A DNA stretch of 64,000 nucleotides from Eledone cirrhosa (Eukaryota), in assembly GCA_964016885.1 (NCBI GenBank), contig OZ024741.1, positions 363,010,001 to 363,074,000 of the forward strand, given 5' to 3'. Below the pieces are notes generated by a model, which worked only from the letters and a program-made list of their open reading frames with translations, did not search any database and had not been told where the DNA came from. Of the stretch, positions 13,599-26,579 are shown piece by piece. The translations under genes and the position numbers were made by a program. Position 1 is the stretch's first letter, and each line of letters opens with the position of its first letter.

Positions 13599-13679
13599 GC
13601 TCTGTATAGTCTTGAAGACTATTTCACGAAAACTTTCAGTGGAGATGGTCACGGTTGGAATTCGATCCTCAGCAGGAGC
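13599..13679 (-). ncRNA. Type I hammerhead ribozyme
   Basis: GCUCCUG-CUGAGGA-UCGAA...UUCGU-GAAA-UAGUCU(UCA)AGACUA-UA-CAGAGC; all three helices can form. Confidence 0.75.
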
Positions 13680-13724
13680 TCAACTCGATAGCCAAATTTC
13701 ATATATATATATATATCAAGTTAA

Positions 13725-13795
<71 letters not shown>

Positions 13796-13819
13796 TACAT
13801 AACAGTTAGTTCACCATAC

Positions 13820-13857
13820 CGAGAACAATTATTTCACCTTAGCGGATCCTCAGCTCG
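13820..13857 (-). ncRNA. Minimal type I hammerhead ribozyme
   Basis: CGAG-CUGAGGA-UCCGCUAAGGU-GAAA-U(AAUU)G-UU-CUCG; palindromic loop 3. Confidence 0.65.
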
Positions 13858-13910
13858 TAATGGACATGGTGTTCTACCACTACGGATATTACCTTCCAGC
13901 GTTCTACCGC

Positions 13911-13948
<38 letters not shown>

Positions 13949-13952
13949 CGTG

Positions 13953-14038
<86 letters not shown>

Positions 14039-14513
14039 CATTGTTGGTCAGTCTGGTCACTACTTTCGATCAGATCCGAGAATAGCCCTTAAAGGGACTG
14101 TTATCGCATACGGTCTGATCATATCTGAAGATAGCCCTTAAAAGAACTGTTGTCACATACGGTAAGGATGAACAGACGAAAGCACAAGTTGAAAGGACGA
14201 AGCAAGGCGAGAGATGTAATTTCGATCAGCTATTTATTTTCACATGAAGCGACGATACAAGGTACAAGGCGTGTGTGAGTGACAAGCGTGGCAGAGGCGA
14301 GGAACAACGATACGCGGGTTGACTCTGCCAAATGTCGACCGGCGAAAGTGTTTGGAACCACTCTATTTATACAGAAATAATCGTTTGATGTTTAGTCGCT
14401 GCGTAGACGTTATTCTGATGGATTTTAAGGGTTGTTTGTTTCACGGTGAGGTAGCTAGCTAACAGATATATGTAGCTGTATATTTCACAGATGTTATTTC
14501 CGGTGGCTGTACA
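14039..14513 (-). repeat. 3' LTR of the gypsy element; terminal ~8 nt replaced by (GA)n
   Basis: Direct repeat of 21057-21532. Confidence 0.95.
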
Positions 14514-14656
14514 TTAGTCCCCTGCCAGATCTTTTGTACAACAAAAGAGCGAAATATGGTATAGTAATGGACCAGTGGTGCATATGTCATGACAATAGCC
14601 CAAAGGAGTGTCCAGCACGTTGTGAAATTTTGTGATCATCGAGTATAGGATAGAGT

Positions 14657-16833
14657 TATAACAGCGAAGCTGGGTTGTATGAATATAACAAGACACTAGG
14701 TTGTGTGTATAAAGTTTAATTAACAAGTTGAAGTTATGTAGAATAGAATTGTTGACATGTCAATGGGTAGATGAAAGAATGAAGTAAAGTTATTTGTTAC
14801 CGTTTTGAAGTGAGCTCGCAAGAGACCATGTTAGGGTTGCCAGGCGAACGCGCCTGGCCGAAGACGTCTGGCCGAAGGGCCAGGCTAGTTAGAAGAGAGT
14901 GAGATCGCCCTGAGCTATCCCTTTTATAGGGTCCCAGAAAGGAAGTGACAAAAAGGGTTCTGCCACCCCAACGGGAAGTAACTCCAGCTACTTCCTGTCT
15001 AGAGATGGGTGATGTGATTGTCATAACAAGGGAGGCAACTCTTGCTACATTATCTCCCGCCAGATTTTTTAAATATAAAAATCGAATGAACCATGTATGG
15101 AGTAAGATGGCGAGCATGTAACACCAAAGTCCAGGCATGAAAATTACGAAAAAAATAATGTTTGCAATAAAAGCAAAACAGGAAAATATATGCATGAAAA
15201 AATCAATGATAGATATCAAGGTAGCCAACCGCTCTTGGCCAGAGAACGACTGGACATCTATCTATCCATAACCCAAAGATACAATGTAATCAAACTAAAA
15301 GAAGAGGTCAAAGTTCAAATGTTCAAAACACAGTTCACCGGTGTGCAATCACATGACAGCAGGAAAGAAAGTGTGTCCTCCAGAGAATGTATGCAGGTGG
15401 TCTCTAGACTGTGGTACAACGTGAAATTCGGTGGGATTTTCTCACAGGAAGAGTGCTGCAAAAATAAATTCTCTGGCTTGTTCTGCTGGTTTTGGTTGTT
15501 GATGAAGCTGTGTTGTTGTTGTTGATGTTGTTGTCTCGCGGAGTGAGCGTATTCGATGTTGTTTAAATTCACAGTAAAAAGTTTCCCAGAAAAAAATGAG
15601 TTGCGCAAAGTGCTAGAAATAACAGCCAAAGTTGATGGTTGATGTTGAGAATGCGTTGACCTGGAAGGGTCAAGAGGCCAGCGACCAAAGAAATAAGCAT
15701 TCTGAATAAATGCGCAGTTTTCAACGGCAAATTTACGAGGTAAATTTTTAAACCGGCAAATAGGAGAATATAGCTTAAGGCTGGAGAATCCTTGGCAAGA
15801 AACATTATCTATGGCGTGTGTTATCTCAGTGAGTCGAGATGTGTGCTCCCCACACGTGCCGAAACAAGGTTAAAGTCAAGTTGAAAAAAAAAATTTCTAT
15901 TGCGCGAGAAATTGGCGCGAAAATAATAGTGCAACAAGTCGTTGGCAGCCATTTTGAAAAATGTGTGTGTGAACGTGATAATATGATGAAAAAGAAAGAA
16001 AGGCTTCACTTGGTATAACAAATATGGCGAGTTCAACTTTTTTGTGAACGATGAAAAAAGCTTGGTGGAAAGAATAAGCAATAGTTGAGATTCAGCGAAA
16101 ATAAATGTTCATGTTGAAATGTGTAAAAAAAAAAATCAAATTTCTTTTTTTTTAAATGTTCGTTGTAAGAAGAAACGAAAAACATATATATACATCCAGT
16201 GAAATGCGACACTTAGTTGCGTGAGAGAAAAAGAGTCTGTCTGAACGAGAATTTCACATGTGCGTGTGTTCGCTTCTGTGTCTGCGTATTTTTCCTAGTT
16301 TGTTAATAAAGTTTGCTGCGTGTTCGAAATGTTGGTCCACACATTCCAACGAAAATGGGGTACTGCTAATTAATTTTCTTTTTTCCATACCCACACAACA
16401 CCAGATCCTATTAATTTTTTCTTTTTTCGGGGTCACCACTTATAACAGCGATGCTGGGTTGTGTGAACATAACAAGACACTAGGTTGTGTGTATAAAGTT
16501 TAATTAACAAGTTGAAGTTATGTAGAATAGAATTGTTGACATGTCAATGGGTAGATGAAAGAATGAAGTAAAGTTATTTGTTACCGTTTTGAAGTGAGCT
16601 CGCAAGAGACCATGTTAGGGTTGCCAGGCGAACGCGCCTGGCCGAAGACGCCTGGCCGAAGGGCCAGGCTAGTTAGAAGAGAGTGAGATCGCCCTGAGCT
16701 ATCCCTTTTATAGGGTCCCAGAAAGGAAGTGACAAAAAGGGTTCTGCCACCCCAACGGGAAGTAACTCCAACTACTTCCTGTCTAGAGAGCGGTGATGTG
16801 ATTGTCATAACAAGGGAGGCAACTCTTGCTGCA
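14657..16833 (-). mobile_element. Nested non-autonomous LTR element (TRIM/LARD-like)
   Basis: 393-bp LTRs 14657-15049 and 16441-16833; 4-bp TSD GAGT; PBS TGGTGACCCCGA; PPT GGCGGGAGATAA; ~1.4 kb interior without retroelement ORF. Confidence 0.9.
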
Positions 16834-17607
16834 GAGTCGATGTAGAGATGATATGGCAAGATGTGTGTGTCAGGAAGAGAAAAAAGAAATAAACTATAAA
16901 ATGACTTTGACCGGATTTATGCAGGCGCGATGAATGAGCCTGTTGCAATTTGGGTTGAGCTGCCTGTGAATTGCGTGACAAAAAGTCTAACTGGGCAGTG
17001 AAGATAACCGTAATGTGTGAACTGAATGGCCGTAAGCATGCTGCCTAAAAGTAACAGTTTGCTCCACAGCATATGATGCATGTGGTAAAAAAAAATAGCG
17101 AGGCATTCTCGAGTTATTGAGTGAATGTGTACGTGAAAAAAGAAGGCCAGTGTTTTGGGGATGTGATTTGTGAAATGCGTGATCAAAGAGAAAACATTTT
17201 GTAGTGTAAGAGTTAGAGGGACACAAATATCTATTGCTCAGTGTATGAACCAAAAGTTGAAACAAACGTGGTTGTATAGTATGCATGAAAAACAGAATAT
17301 GTACACGCCTTGTATGTATATAAAAATTATGGCAATTACACAATCAATGTTACAGAACAAGAAAAATAAAAATGTTTGCAAAACAAGAGAGAAGAAAAAA
17401 AAAATGCTATACACAATGTTTGTTCTTAAATAGTGTTTGTAATAGATAATGTTCATAATAAATAATGTTCTTCGTGACATGAGCACATGGTCACTAAAAA
17501 TTGCAATTGTTCAAGCAGAAAGTTCATTGTATTTGAAACTGGAAATAGTAAACACCAGAAAAATGGAAATGTTTTGCAAGTAGAATGATTAAGAAACTCA
17601 CTTGAGG

Positions 17608-20600
17608 TTAACGGTAATTCACATATTGTGCCAACTTGGCGGGCCAATGGACATGTCGTCCACTTCTCGTGACTGGAGATGAAACAGGTGGCTTGCTGGG
17701 ACAGCAATCTGTTGGAGTTTCTGGTGTAGAGACTGTAACAGTATCCATGATGGCTTTTTTTAATCTGTCCACGCTGACAGAATTCTGTTTACCATCTAGA
17801 TCGAAAATAAAATATTTCGGATATTTTTTTAGAACACGATAAGGGCCAGAATATGGAGGTCGAAGATGCGCTGAGATGGTGTCGTTTCGAACGAAAACTT
17901 GTGTCCAATCTTTAATGTCTGAAGGTACGTGTGTGGCCGTGTTCTGTTGACGGGTGCTTACAGGAGCAAGGTGAGACATATATTCTCGAAGACGGTGTAC
18001 GTATGATCCTGGGTCTGGAACATCCTGAGGAGAGATGGGAGCAACCATCAGACCAGGTAGAACCAGGGTGGTGCCGTACACTAATTCTGCAGGTGTGTGT
18101 CCGAATTCCTCCTTAAAGATGGATCGAATTCCCAGAAGGATGAGTGGCAGGTATTCAAACCAGTGGGTCTTGTCTGGATATGCTTTTATTGCAGCTTTCA
18201 ATTGGCGATGGAATCTTTCCACGAGACCATTAGCTTGCGGGTGATAAGCTGTCGTGCGGATGTGTTTACATCCTAACAGGCGAGTCAGTTCCCTGAAGAG
18301 GTGGGAGTCAAATTGGCGTCCTCTGTCCGTTGTTATCTTCGCTGGGGCGCCATAACGTGATACCCAGTATAAAACCAAAGTTTTAGCGACTGTTTCCGCT
18401 GAGGTATCATTTATGGGAGCCTCAGGCCAACGGGAAAATCGATCTATGCAGGTGAGCAAGTGTGTGTAGTTCTGTGATGGTGGTAGAGGTCCGACGATGT
18501 CGATATGCACATGATGAAAACGTGCATCAGGTTGCGCGAATGTGCCGAGTGGAGTTTTGATGTGTCTGTGGACTTTGGCTTTCTGGCAGGCAATGCAGCT
18601 CCTGAACCAGTCGCGCACGTCCTTGTTAATGTTAGTCCACACAAAACGAGCAGAGATGAGTTTCTGTGTAGCCCGGATTCTCGGGTGAGACAAGCAGTGT
18701 AAAGCATAAAAAACTTGTCGACGATGCATCTGTGGTACGTACGGTCGTTCATGACCGGTAGAAAGGTCGCACCAAATTTGTCCCGGCGAAGAAGGAATGG
18801 GAACTTGCTGAAACTTGAGGGATGGCGAATCTCGGAGCTTGATAAACTCTTCGTCAGTCTCTTGGTCAGCTGCGATCTGTTGAAGGTCGATGCCTGAATG
18901 TACATGTATTGCGTTCAGCTGGATTCGGGACAGGGCGTCGGCTGCTACGTTGTCTGATCCCTTGATATGCCGAATATCAGTTGAATATTGGGAGACAAAA
19001 TCCAGGTGTCGGAGTTCTCTCGGTGAATGTCGATCAGGTTTGGTATGGAACGCATAAACTAGTGGTTTATGGTCCGTGTATATCGCGAAATCCGATCCTT
19101 CGAGCATGTGACAAAAATGTTTAACCGAAAGGTAGGTTGCCAAGAGTTCGCGGCCAAACGTACTGTATCTCGTTTCTGCAGGTTGCAACCGCTTAGAAAA
19201 TAAGGATAAGGGTTGCCACACGCCGTCGACATGTTGTTATAAAACGCCTCCAACCCCCGTGTCTGATGCGTCCACTAGCAGCGAAAGAGGGGCGCCAGAC
19301 CTGGGGAAAACGAGCATGGAAGCGTTTGCCAACATTTCCTTCAGGCGGTTAAAAGATGTTAATTCTTCCTCGTTTAGAGTGATCTCTTCGTTTTTGCGAG
19401 TCCGGTTACGAAGAAGGTCCGTGAGGAGTCTGGCTGCGTCGGAACAATGAGGGATGAAACGCCTATAAAATTTCACCTGACCGAGGAATTCACGCAGTTT
19501 CCGAAGTGATGTAGGTGCGGGAAAACTGCGGATAGCTTATACTTTCTCGGGAAGTGGACGAATGCCGTCTTTATCAATGATGTGCCCGAGAAAGGACAGT
19601 GAAGGAACGCCGAGAAGGCACTTGCTGGGGTTGATGATGATACCGTACTCAGCCAAACGTTGGAAAAGGAGATCTAAGTGCTTCTCGTGTTCTTGCTATG
19701 AAGTACTTGCTACCAGCACGTCGTCAATGTACGCGTATACGAATGGTAGATCACGCAACACGGTGTCAATAAACCGCGGAAAAGTTTGTGCAGCGTTGCG
19801 CAGACCGAACGGCATTCGCAGGAATTCAAATAAACCGAATGGTGTTGTGATTGCGGTCTTCGGAATATCTGCAGGCTCCATAGGTATCTGGTTATATGCA
19901 CGCACCAAATCTATCTTGTAAAAGATGCGTGCGCCTTGCAGAGAGGCAGAAAAGTCGTGCAGGTGAGGTACAGGGTAATTATCGGGTACTGTAGAATTGT
20001 TAAGTGCACAATAATCCCCACATGGTCGCCAATCATTCTCGTTTTTTTAGGAACAAGGTGTAGGGGTGCAGACCAGTTGCTGGAGGAAGGGCGAATGATT
20101 CCGAGGTCCAGCATGTGTTGGAACTCCTGCTTGGCGATTCTCAATCGGTCTGGAGGCAGTCTCCTTGATCGGACAGCTGTGGGTGGTCCTCTTGTCTCGA
20201 TGTGGTGTGTGACACTATGCTTAATAGGACCATCCTTAAATACCGGGCGAGTGATGTCTGGGTATTTCTGGAGAATGCCGTTGTACCGCGAAGGCTCTGA
20301 CTGGCAAATTACAGGGCTCACTGTGGATTGCGTGGTAAATATACCTCTCACAGTGAAGTTTGTGGTGGTGTCAATAAGCCTCCGGTTCTTCATATCCACC
20401 AGAAGGTTGAAGTGGGGGAGAAAATCGGCTCCTAGGATAGGCAGGTCTGCCACGACGAACACCCATTGAAAACGCCGCCTCAGGCCTAAATTGAGGGTCA
20501 GTGATTTTTCCCCGAAAGTCGGAATTGACGATCGGTTCACTGCCTGCAGAAAGGACGGTGTTGGGTGTCTTTTGCCCGAGATTAGTGAAACAGGAATAAC

Positions 20601-20939
20601 ACTAACCTGGGCTCCTGTATCCACGAGGTAACGGATGCCTGTCGCTTGGTCGTTAATAAAAAATAAACGACTTTTCTCAGTACCAGGAGTGAACGTCGTC
20701 GCTAGGCCCTGCGTGGTATTCTGGAAAGAGCACGGGGCCTTACACTTAGATGCCTGTGCGCCGAATTTTGCGTGATACCAGCAGGGGTTGCCAGACACAC
20801 GATTTTGACTGGGACTTCTGGATCTTCGACTGTGAAAAGGCCTGGATCGACTGTTGTTGCGTCGCCGGTGTGTTTGAAAGGTCAGGTTCTCTACTTGATT
20901 TGAGAGGGCTTTAATTTGACCAGCCCGCTCTCTGATCAT
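17608..20939 (-). pseudogene. gag(C-terminal)-pol polyprotein, frameshifted: protease, RT, RNase H, integrase
   Basis: LVDTGA protease; AYIDD RT; DASDTGVG and ELLA RNase H; HHCC zinc finger, HIDIVGP, TDRGRQF, NGLVER integrase; GPY motif; split over several frames with a stop. Confidence 0.95.
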
Positions 20940-21014
20940 AGCCCGCAGCTCTGAAATCTCGGCCTCTGCGTTGGTTGTGACATGTCCATGTTGGTATCTT
21001 CTTAGGTGCTGTCT

Positions 21015-21046
21015 GGTTGCGCGTTCGAATCACGTCGAGGTCACCA
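21015..21046 (-). other. Primer-binding site complementary to the tRNA-Trp 3' end, extended to ~32 nt
   Basis: Plus strand reads GGTTGCGCGTTCGAATCACGTCGAGGTCACCA, 2 nt from the 5' LTR. Confidence 0.85.
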
Positions 21047-21048
21047 AT

Positions 21049-21532
21049 TGTAGCAACATTGTTGGTCAGTCTGGTCACTACTTTCGATCAGATCCGAGAA
21101 TAGCCCTTAAAAGGACTGTTATCGCATACGGTATGATCATATCTGAAGATAGCCCTTAAAAGAACTGTTGTCACATACGGTAAGGATGAACAGACGAAAG
21201 CACAAGTTGAAAGGACGAAGCAAGGCGAGAGATGTAATTTCGATCAGCTATTTATTTTCACATGAAGCGACGATACAAGGTACAAGGCGTGTGTGAGTGA
21301 CAAGCGTGGCAGAGGCGAGGAACAACGATACGCGGGTTGACTCTGCCAAATGTCGACCGGCGAAAGTGTTTGGAACCACTCTATTTATACAGAAATAATC
21401 GTTTGATGTTTAGTCGCTGCGTAGGCATTTATTCTGATGGATTTTAAGGGTTGTATGTTTCACGGTGAGGTAGCTAGCTAACAGATAGATGTAGCTGTAT
21501 ATTTCACAGATGTTATTTCCGGTGGCTGTACA
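21049..21532 (-). repeat. 5' LTR of the gypsy element (484 bp)
   Basis: TGTA...TACA termini, adjacent PBS. Confidence 0.95.
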
Positions 21533-21759
21533 TATATATATATATTATTTAGCTAAGTTTCGTCCTAAGAAGGGCGTTGGGTCACTACACTCAGCATTCC
21601 TTTTCTCCAGAAATGGAGGAGAGGCCGGTAACTACTTCTCATAGAAAAAACAACTGATATGCTACATGAACCGTCCAAGAACAGACCGATGTGGAGTTCA
21701 ACACGTAACGGAAATCAAGAATAGTATTTTGACCATATTTGTTGTTACGATTGAGGAGG

Positions 21760-22056
21760 AAGAGCCTGTGACGTTCGAGACGTTTGAGGGAGTCGGGCTA
21801 CTGACTGCGAGATTAATATCTTCACCGGCGGCTCGCCTAACAGAGGTAACTGGTGCTGGTGCTTGGCTGTTCCAGCGGATCAGCCTCGCCATCACCTAGC
21901 TAACGCCGCGAGTGTACTGGCTTGTCACAAAAATTATTAGAAAGGTTTCCCAGTGCTCCTCGTGAAACTGTTATCTTTTGCTCTGGCAACGGTTGGTTTC
22001 TCCACCCCTTTCGCTTGCCTTTTGTTATATGTGGTCCTAAATGTGTGTGCTACCTG

Positions 22057-22058
<2 letters not shown>
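21760..22058 (+). mobile_element. 3' fragment of a CRE-clade (restriction-like endonuclease) non-LTR retrotransposon
   Basis: PVTFETF.G.G...RLTEVTG..AWLFQRISLAI then, after a frameshift, NAASVLA; ends in (TA)n. Confidence 0.7.
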
Positions 22059-22134
<76 letters not shown>

Positions 22135-22262
22135 AAGTTATATTTAAAATTGTTGGGTTACAACTAGTAAATATTTATAACTGATATAAAAGCACTCGAC
22201 AAATACTTGGAGTATATTTACAATATTAAATAAATGGAAAACTATATTTATAAAACCATATT

Positions 22263-22328
22263 TATTTCATTATATATATTTCGGGGATATCATATTAACA
22301 ATATGCTATGCCTTCATCAGACAAAATA
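22263..22328 (-). ncRNA. Type I hammerhead ribozyme in the PLE1 pLTR (sense)
   Basis: UAUUUUGU-CUGAUGA-[stem II]-GAAA-U(AUAU)A-UA-AUGAAAUA. Confidence 0.75.
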
Positions 22329-22699
22329 CAATATAAACAGTTTTATAGATAAATATATTCGACATACCGTAATAAACATCAACTTCATTTGAAGAGGTTT
22401 ACTCTAGCAGTGAAAATACAGAGAGAAAGAAAGAGAGAGAGAAAAGAGGGAAATAAGAAAGAAAGAAAGACAAAACGAAGAAAAGGAAGAAAAAGAAGAA
22501 AAAGAAAAAGAAGAAATGCATGGGACAAAATAGAGAGATGGAAAAATAGATAAAGCGAAGAGCTTCATGTAAAGAGACAGAAAGATATATATATATATAT
22601 AGAGAGAGAGAGGAAATAGAGATAGATACATATATAAATATAGATATAGAAAAATTAGGTAGTGGGAGGTCATTTTGAATAAGTGTATCAATGATGCAT

Positions 22700-22730
<31 letters not shown>

Positions 22731-23909
22731 GCTCAAGTATTAATGTAAGGGAGATATATAGAGAGATATAGAGAGATATAGAGAGAGAAAAAATTTAAAA
22801 AATTTAAAAATAGCCAGACATATTCGAGGCGTAGAAAACCCTATGTTTTAATGTATTAGTATTTATAAAACTTACACTATATTGTAAATATCAGTATTCC
22901 TGAATGAAACAAGTATTCATAATGCGTGAAAATTCATTATCTTATGTTTAGTTTTTTAAAAAATTCATATGTCTATGTGAATCCAACTGATTCACTCCGC
23001 AAATTCAAAGTTACCGGAAAACATTCTCAATGTGGTATAAAAATTTGAGCGTATTATTATTCTTGCGATTACTCTACAAGATTATCTATCAAGCAGAAAT
23101 AGAGAGCAGATTTCAATATACTAATCGAAAATATATATTATATTATAAGCAGAGATAACAATAATAATGATAATAAGTAAAAATATATAAAAAAATATAA
23201 AAATATAGAATAGAAAACTAAAAAAGAATATTACGAAAGAATATTACATAATAAAAATATTGCATATTAAAAATACTACGTATTAAAAATATTACGTATT
23301 AAAACTTTACATATAAAAATATTAAAAATAAAAATTTACATATAAAAATATAAAAATATAAAAATATTAAAAATAAAAAATAAAAATAAAAATAAAATAA
23401 AATAAAAAATAAAAATATTATAGAATACTACAATACTAAAAGAATAAAAATAAAAATAAAAATAAAAATGAAAATAAAAATGAAAATAAAAATAAACCAC
23501 AAAGAACAACCCTTCAAAGTTAATTGACAATATATTGCCAAGTTCACTACAAGACAAAGCCAAAAATTATCTATCAAATCACATCTAGCAAGGAATATCG
23601 CAAAAAAGATTACGATGTCCAATAATGTCTACATATGTTCCTATATTTAATATATAAGTTTATCAAGTGTAAGGTTAATTCAAAAAATTTGGAGCATCGG
23701 CTTTTAGGGTAGCTTAATTTTTCATGAGGAATGTTTAGATAAAAATAAAAATAAAAATAAAAATAAAAATAAAAATAAAAATAAAAATAAAAATAAAAAT
23801 AAATAAAATAAGATAAACAATAAGAAGAGTAAAAAGAGGGAATCAAAGATTTAGGAATCAAAAGATTTATCGGCTAGTTCTCATATAAATATAAATCAAA
23901 CTAAATATA

Positions 23910-26128
23910 CTACATTTTAAATTTAAATTTATATTTAAACGTTGAGTTTAATCTATGTTTGCAACAACTGAATAAATTTGTCCGTAGGTTAAGGGAATTT
24001 TTAGATTTTAGTATAAAGAATATCTCCTCTGCGCAGAGGTCACATGTCTCAGAGGATGAATTAAAAGGAATCCCTCTTGAGACTATATTCCAAGCCGTCG
24101 AATATCTAACGTTATCTAGCTTAAGTTGCCAGAGTACACCTGATAGTGCCGTTGAAGATTTTTTATTTGGATCTGTGAAAGAATTCTTGTGGTTATTATA
24201 GCGAAGTTTAAATTCCGTCGATGTGGAACCGACGTAGTTAAAAGAATTAGAGTCAGTATTAACATTACAATTGTATACTATATTTTTAACTAAGCAGTTG
24301 TTATTTAACGGACATTTAGATCTATCTCTACAGTTACATTTGTTAACTTGTATATTATTTATGCTATTATCAGTAGGTTTTAAGTTCCTATTATTTATTC
24401 TATTAATATTTTGTGCTAAATTTTTGGTGGATGAGTAGGTTAATTTAATTGTATGCCTATTGAAGATTGAGTGGTACCTATGTGTTCTAGGGAAGCGATT
24501 ATCAAGAGCTTTGAAAAATAATTTAGCGATGTGGGTTTTAATGTTTAGTGAGAAGGGGGGGGGGGGGCAAACCAAATTATGTTCCTAGTTCTATTTCTTT
24601 TTTGTCCTTTGGAATTATTGTAATGCTTTCTATTATAGTTGTTAATGTTGTTGCCGTAATTAAAAAAGTTGTTACTTTGTTTAGTTTGTTTATCATTATC
24701 TATGTACACAATCCTATCAGCATACCCTGCCCTAGCTAGTGCATCATTATAGTATTGGGCCTTTTCGTCAAAAATCTTTCTATTCGACGAGATCCTAGAG
24801 ATACGTTTTTGGACTGAGTTTACTATAGTGTTTTTGACAGATCTGGGGTGGTTAGAGTTAAAGTTGACATAGTTTAAGTTTTCATTCAACTTGTGAAAAG
24901 GATAGTGGAGACATGTGTTGAGATTTAATGTTATATCTAGGAAATTGACTATTCTATGGTTGTTCTCAATTTCTATTTTAAGGTTAAAGTAATTAAAAAA
25001 TTTTGTAATTTGTTTACATTTTCTATTTAGTTCAGGGTTATTATTATTAATAAGTAAAAGCATGTCATCCCTATATAAACCTCCGGTAGTACCAGGTATT
25101 TTCCTATGTAGCGAATTGATTAGAAATAAGCCCACAAGGTCAGTTACCTGAGCTGAGTCGGAAGATCCCATAGTTATGTCAAAATTGCTATCTCTATCTG
25201 CTCTGGTCCATAATTTGTCATCAAATTCTATCAAAGTTTTCCTAGCCGATAATATAATATGCATTTCTTTGCTAGTTAGGTCCGTATGTTTGAATGCGTA
25301 ATTTAGTGCCTTATTTAGTAGACTAGGGGTAATAGAAGAATAATAGTTAGCTATATCAAGTTGAATAAACCTATTATTATTGTCATATTTAATTTGCCTA
25401 AACCACTCAACAACCTCTCCAGTTCCCTTCCACAAGCTCAGGTTAGATACATAATCCAAGTTCTTAATTTGCAGTATCACCCTGTCAAGAATGTTTTTGC
25501 TTAATTTGCCCAGGTCCGATTTTGAAGGTGCGATCAATCTAACTGGCAGGTCAATCTCAAAATTCCTCTTGTGGTCCTTCATATTGATCTTCGGTTTCCT
25601 GGGCACGAAAGGTTGTGTTCTGTTCTCAATTTCCAACTCATGCATTATACAAGATGCTTCAACATTCATTTTCTCAAGTTCGGTCTTATCTGCTACCTTG
25701 TATTTTTTCCTCAGCTCTTTCAGTATGAGGCCATTATACATGTCTTTCTGCACTCCATAGAGGTTGTTGGTCTTGTCAGATTTCACCAAGATCTTCTCAG
25801 TTTTCTCTAAGCTCTCAATGTTATCCTTAATGCCTTTCAGATATTCCTGGCCTTTAAAATTTCTCTTGAATTTGACCCCTTGTATGATAGAAATTATATC
25901 GTTTTCAAAGTCAGATAAAAGTTTGTTAGGGGGTGGATTTCTTTTAGATTTGAAAACTTTGTTTAAGTCCGAGATATTTTCGTCTGCATTAAATTTATCA
26001 AAGTGGAATGCACGCCACCTGATTCTCCTTATAAAAGAGTCAGATTTATCTATTAGTTGTTTTACAAAGTCTTTGTTTCTAGGTAGAGGTATGTCTTTTA
26101 GAGAGGACGTAATCTTAAAGAATTCCAT
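23910..26128 (-). CDS. PLE reverse transcriptase / GIY-YIG endonuclease (~740 aa), one frameshift in a 13-nt homopolymer near 24560
   Basis: SLKDIPLP N-terminus, KSDKT, LDIANYY, TMGS, LYRDD, NFLD; WF.PPF, CNCR..CPL..C, NIVY...YVGST, R...H, CDLC, CKH. Confidence 0.85.
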
Positions 26129-26340
26129 TTTTCAGTTATTTTGTCCCATGCATTTCTTCTTTTTCTTTTTCTTCTTTTTCTTCCTTTTCTTCGTTTTGTC
26201 TTTCTTTCTTTCTTATTTCCCTCTTTTCTCTCTCTCTTTCTTTCTCTCTGTATTTTCACTGCTAGAGTAAACCTCTTCAAATGAAGTTGATGTTTATTAC
26301 GGTATGTCGAATATATTTATCTATAAAACTGTTTATATTG

Positions 26341-26406
26341 TATTTTGTCTGATGAAGGCATAGCATATTGTTAATATGATATCCCCGAAATATATATAAT
26401 GAAATA
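26341..26406 (+). ncRNA. Type I hammerhead ribozyme in the inverted PLE1 pLTR
   Basis: Reverse-complement copy of 22263-22328. Confidence 0.75.
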
Positions 26407-26521
26407 AATATGGTTTTATAAATATAGTTTTCCATTTATTTAATATTGTATATATATATATATATATATTATAATGAAATGACAGGAGGCTGGACTTGTG
26501 TAAATCCTTGAAAGGTTTATT

Positions 26522-26579
26522 ATACTATGATCATTTCAATGACCGGGTTCCGTATGAATCTGGTGATATCATCAGGTAT
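26522..26579 (-). ncRNA. Type I hammerhead ribozyme
   Basis: AUAC-CUGAUGA-[irregular stem II]-GAAA-U(GAUC)A-UA-GUAU; palindromic loop 3. Confidence 0.65.

Larger units (their letters stand above)
14039..21532 (-). mobile_element. Ty3/gypsy LTR retrotransposon, CsRN1-like clade, defective
   Basis: Near-identical LTRs 21049-21532 (TG...CA) and 14039-14513; tRNA-Trp PBS; PPT GGCAGGGGAC; CHCC gag knuckle CWYHAKFGAQASKCKAPC; PR-RT-RNaseH-IN order. Confidence 0.95.
22132..26450 (-). mobile_element. Penelope-like element 1 (probably Naiad-type), near full length, with inverted 5' pLTR
   Basis: RT plus C-terminal GIY-YIG ORF; 22218-22532 is the inverted repeat of 26137-26450; both ends in (TA)n; hammerhead in the pLTR. 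Confidence 0.92.

Noticed and set aside
23910-26128. Selenocysteine recoding, as reported for some Naiad PLEs
   Set aside because: No in-frame TGA in either ORF segment
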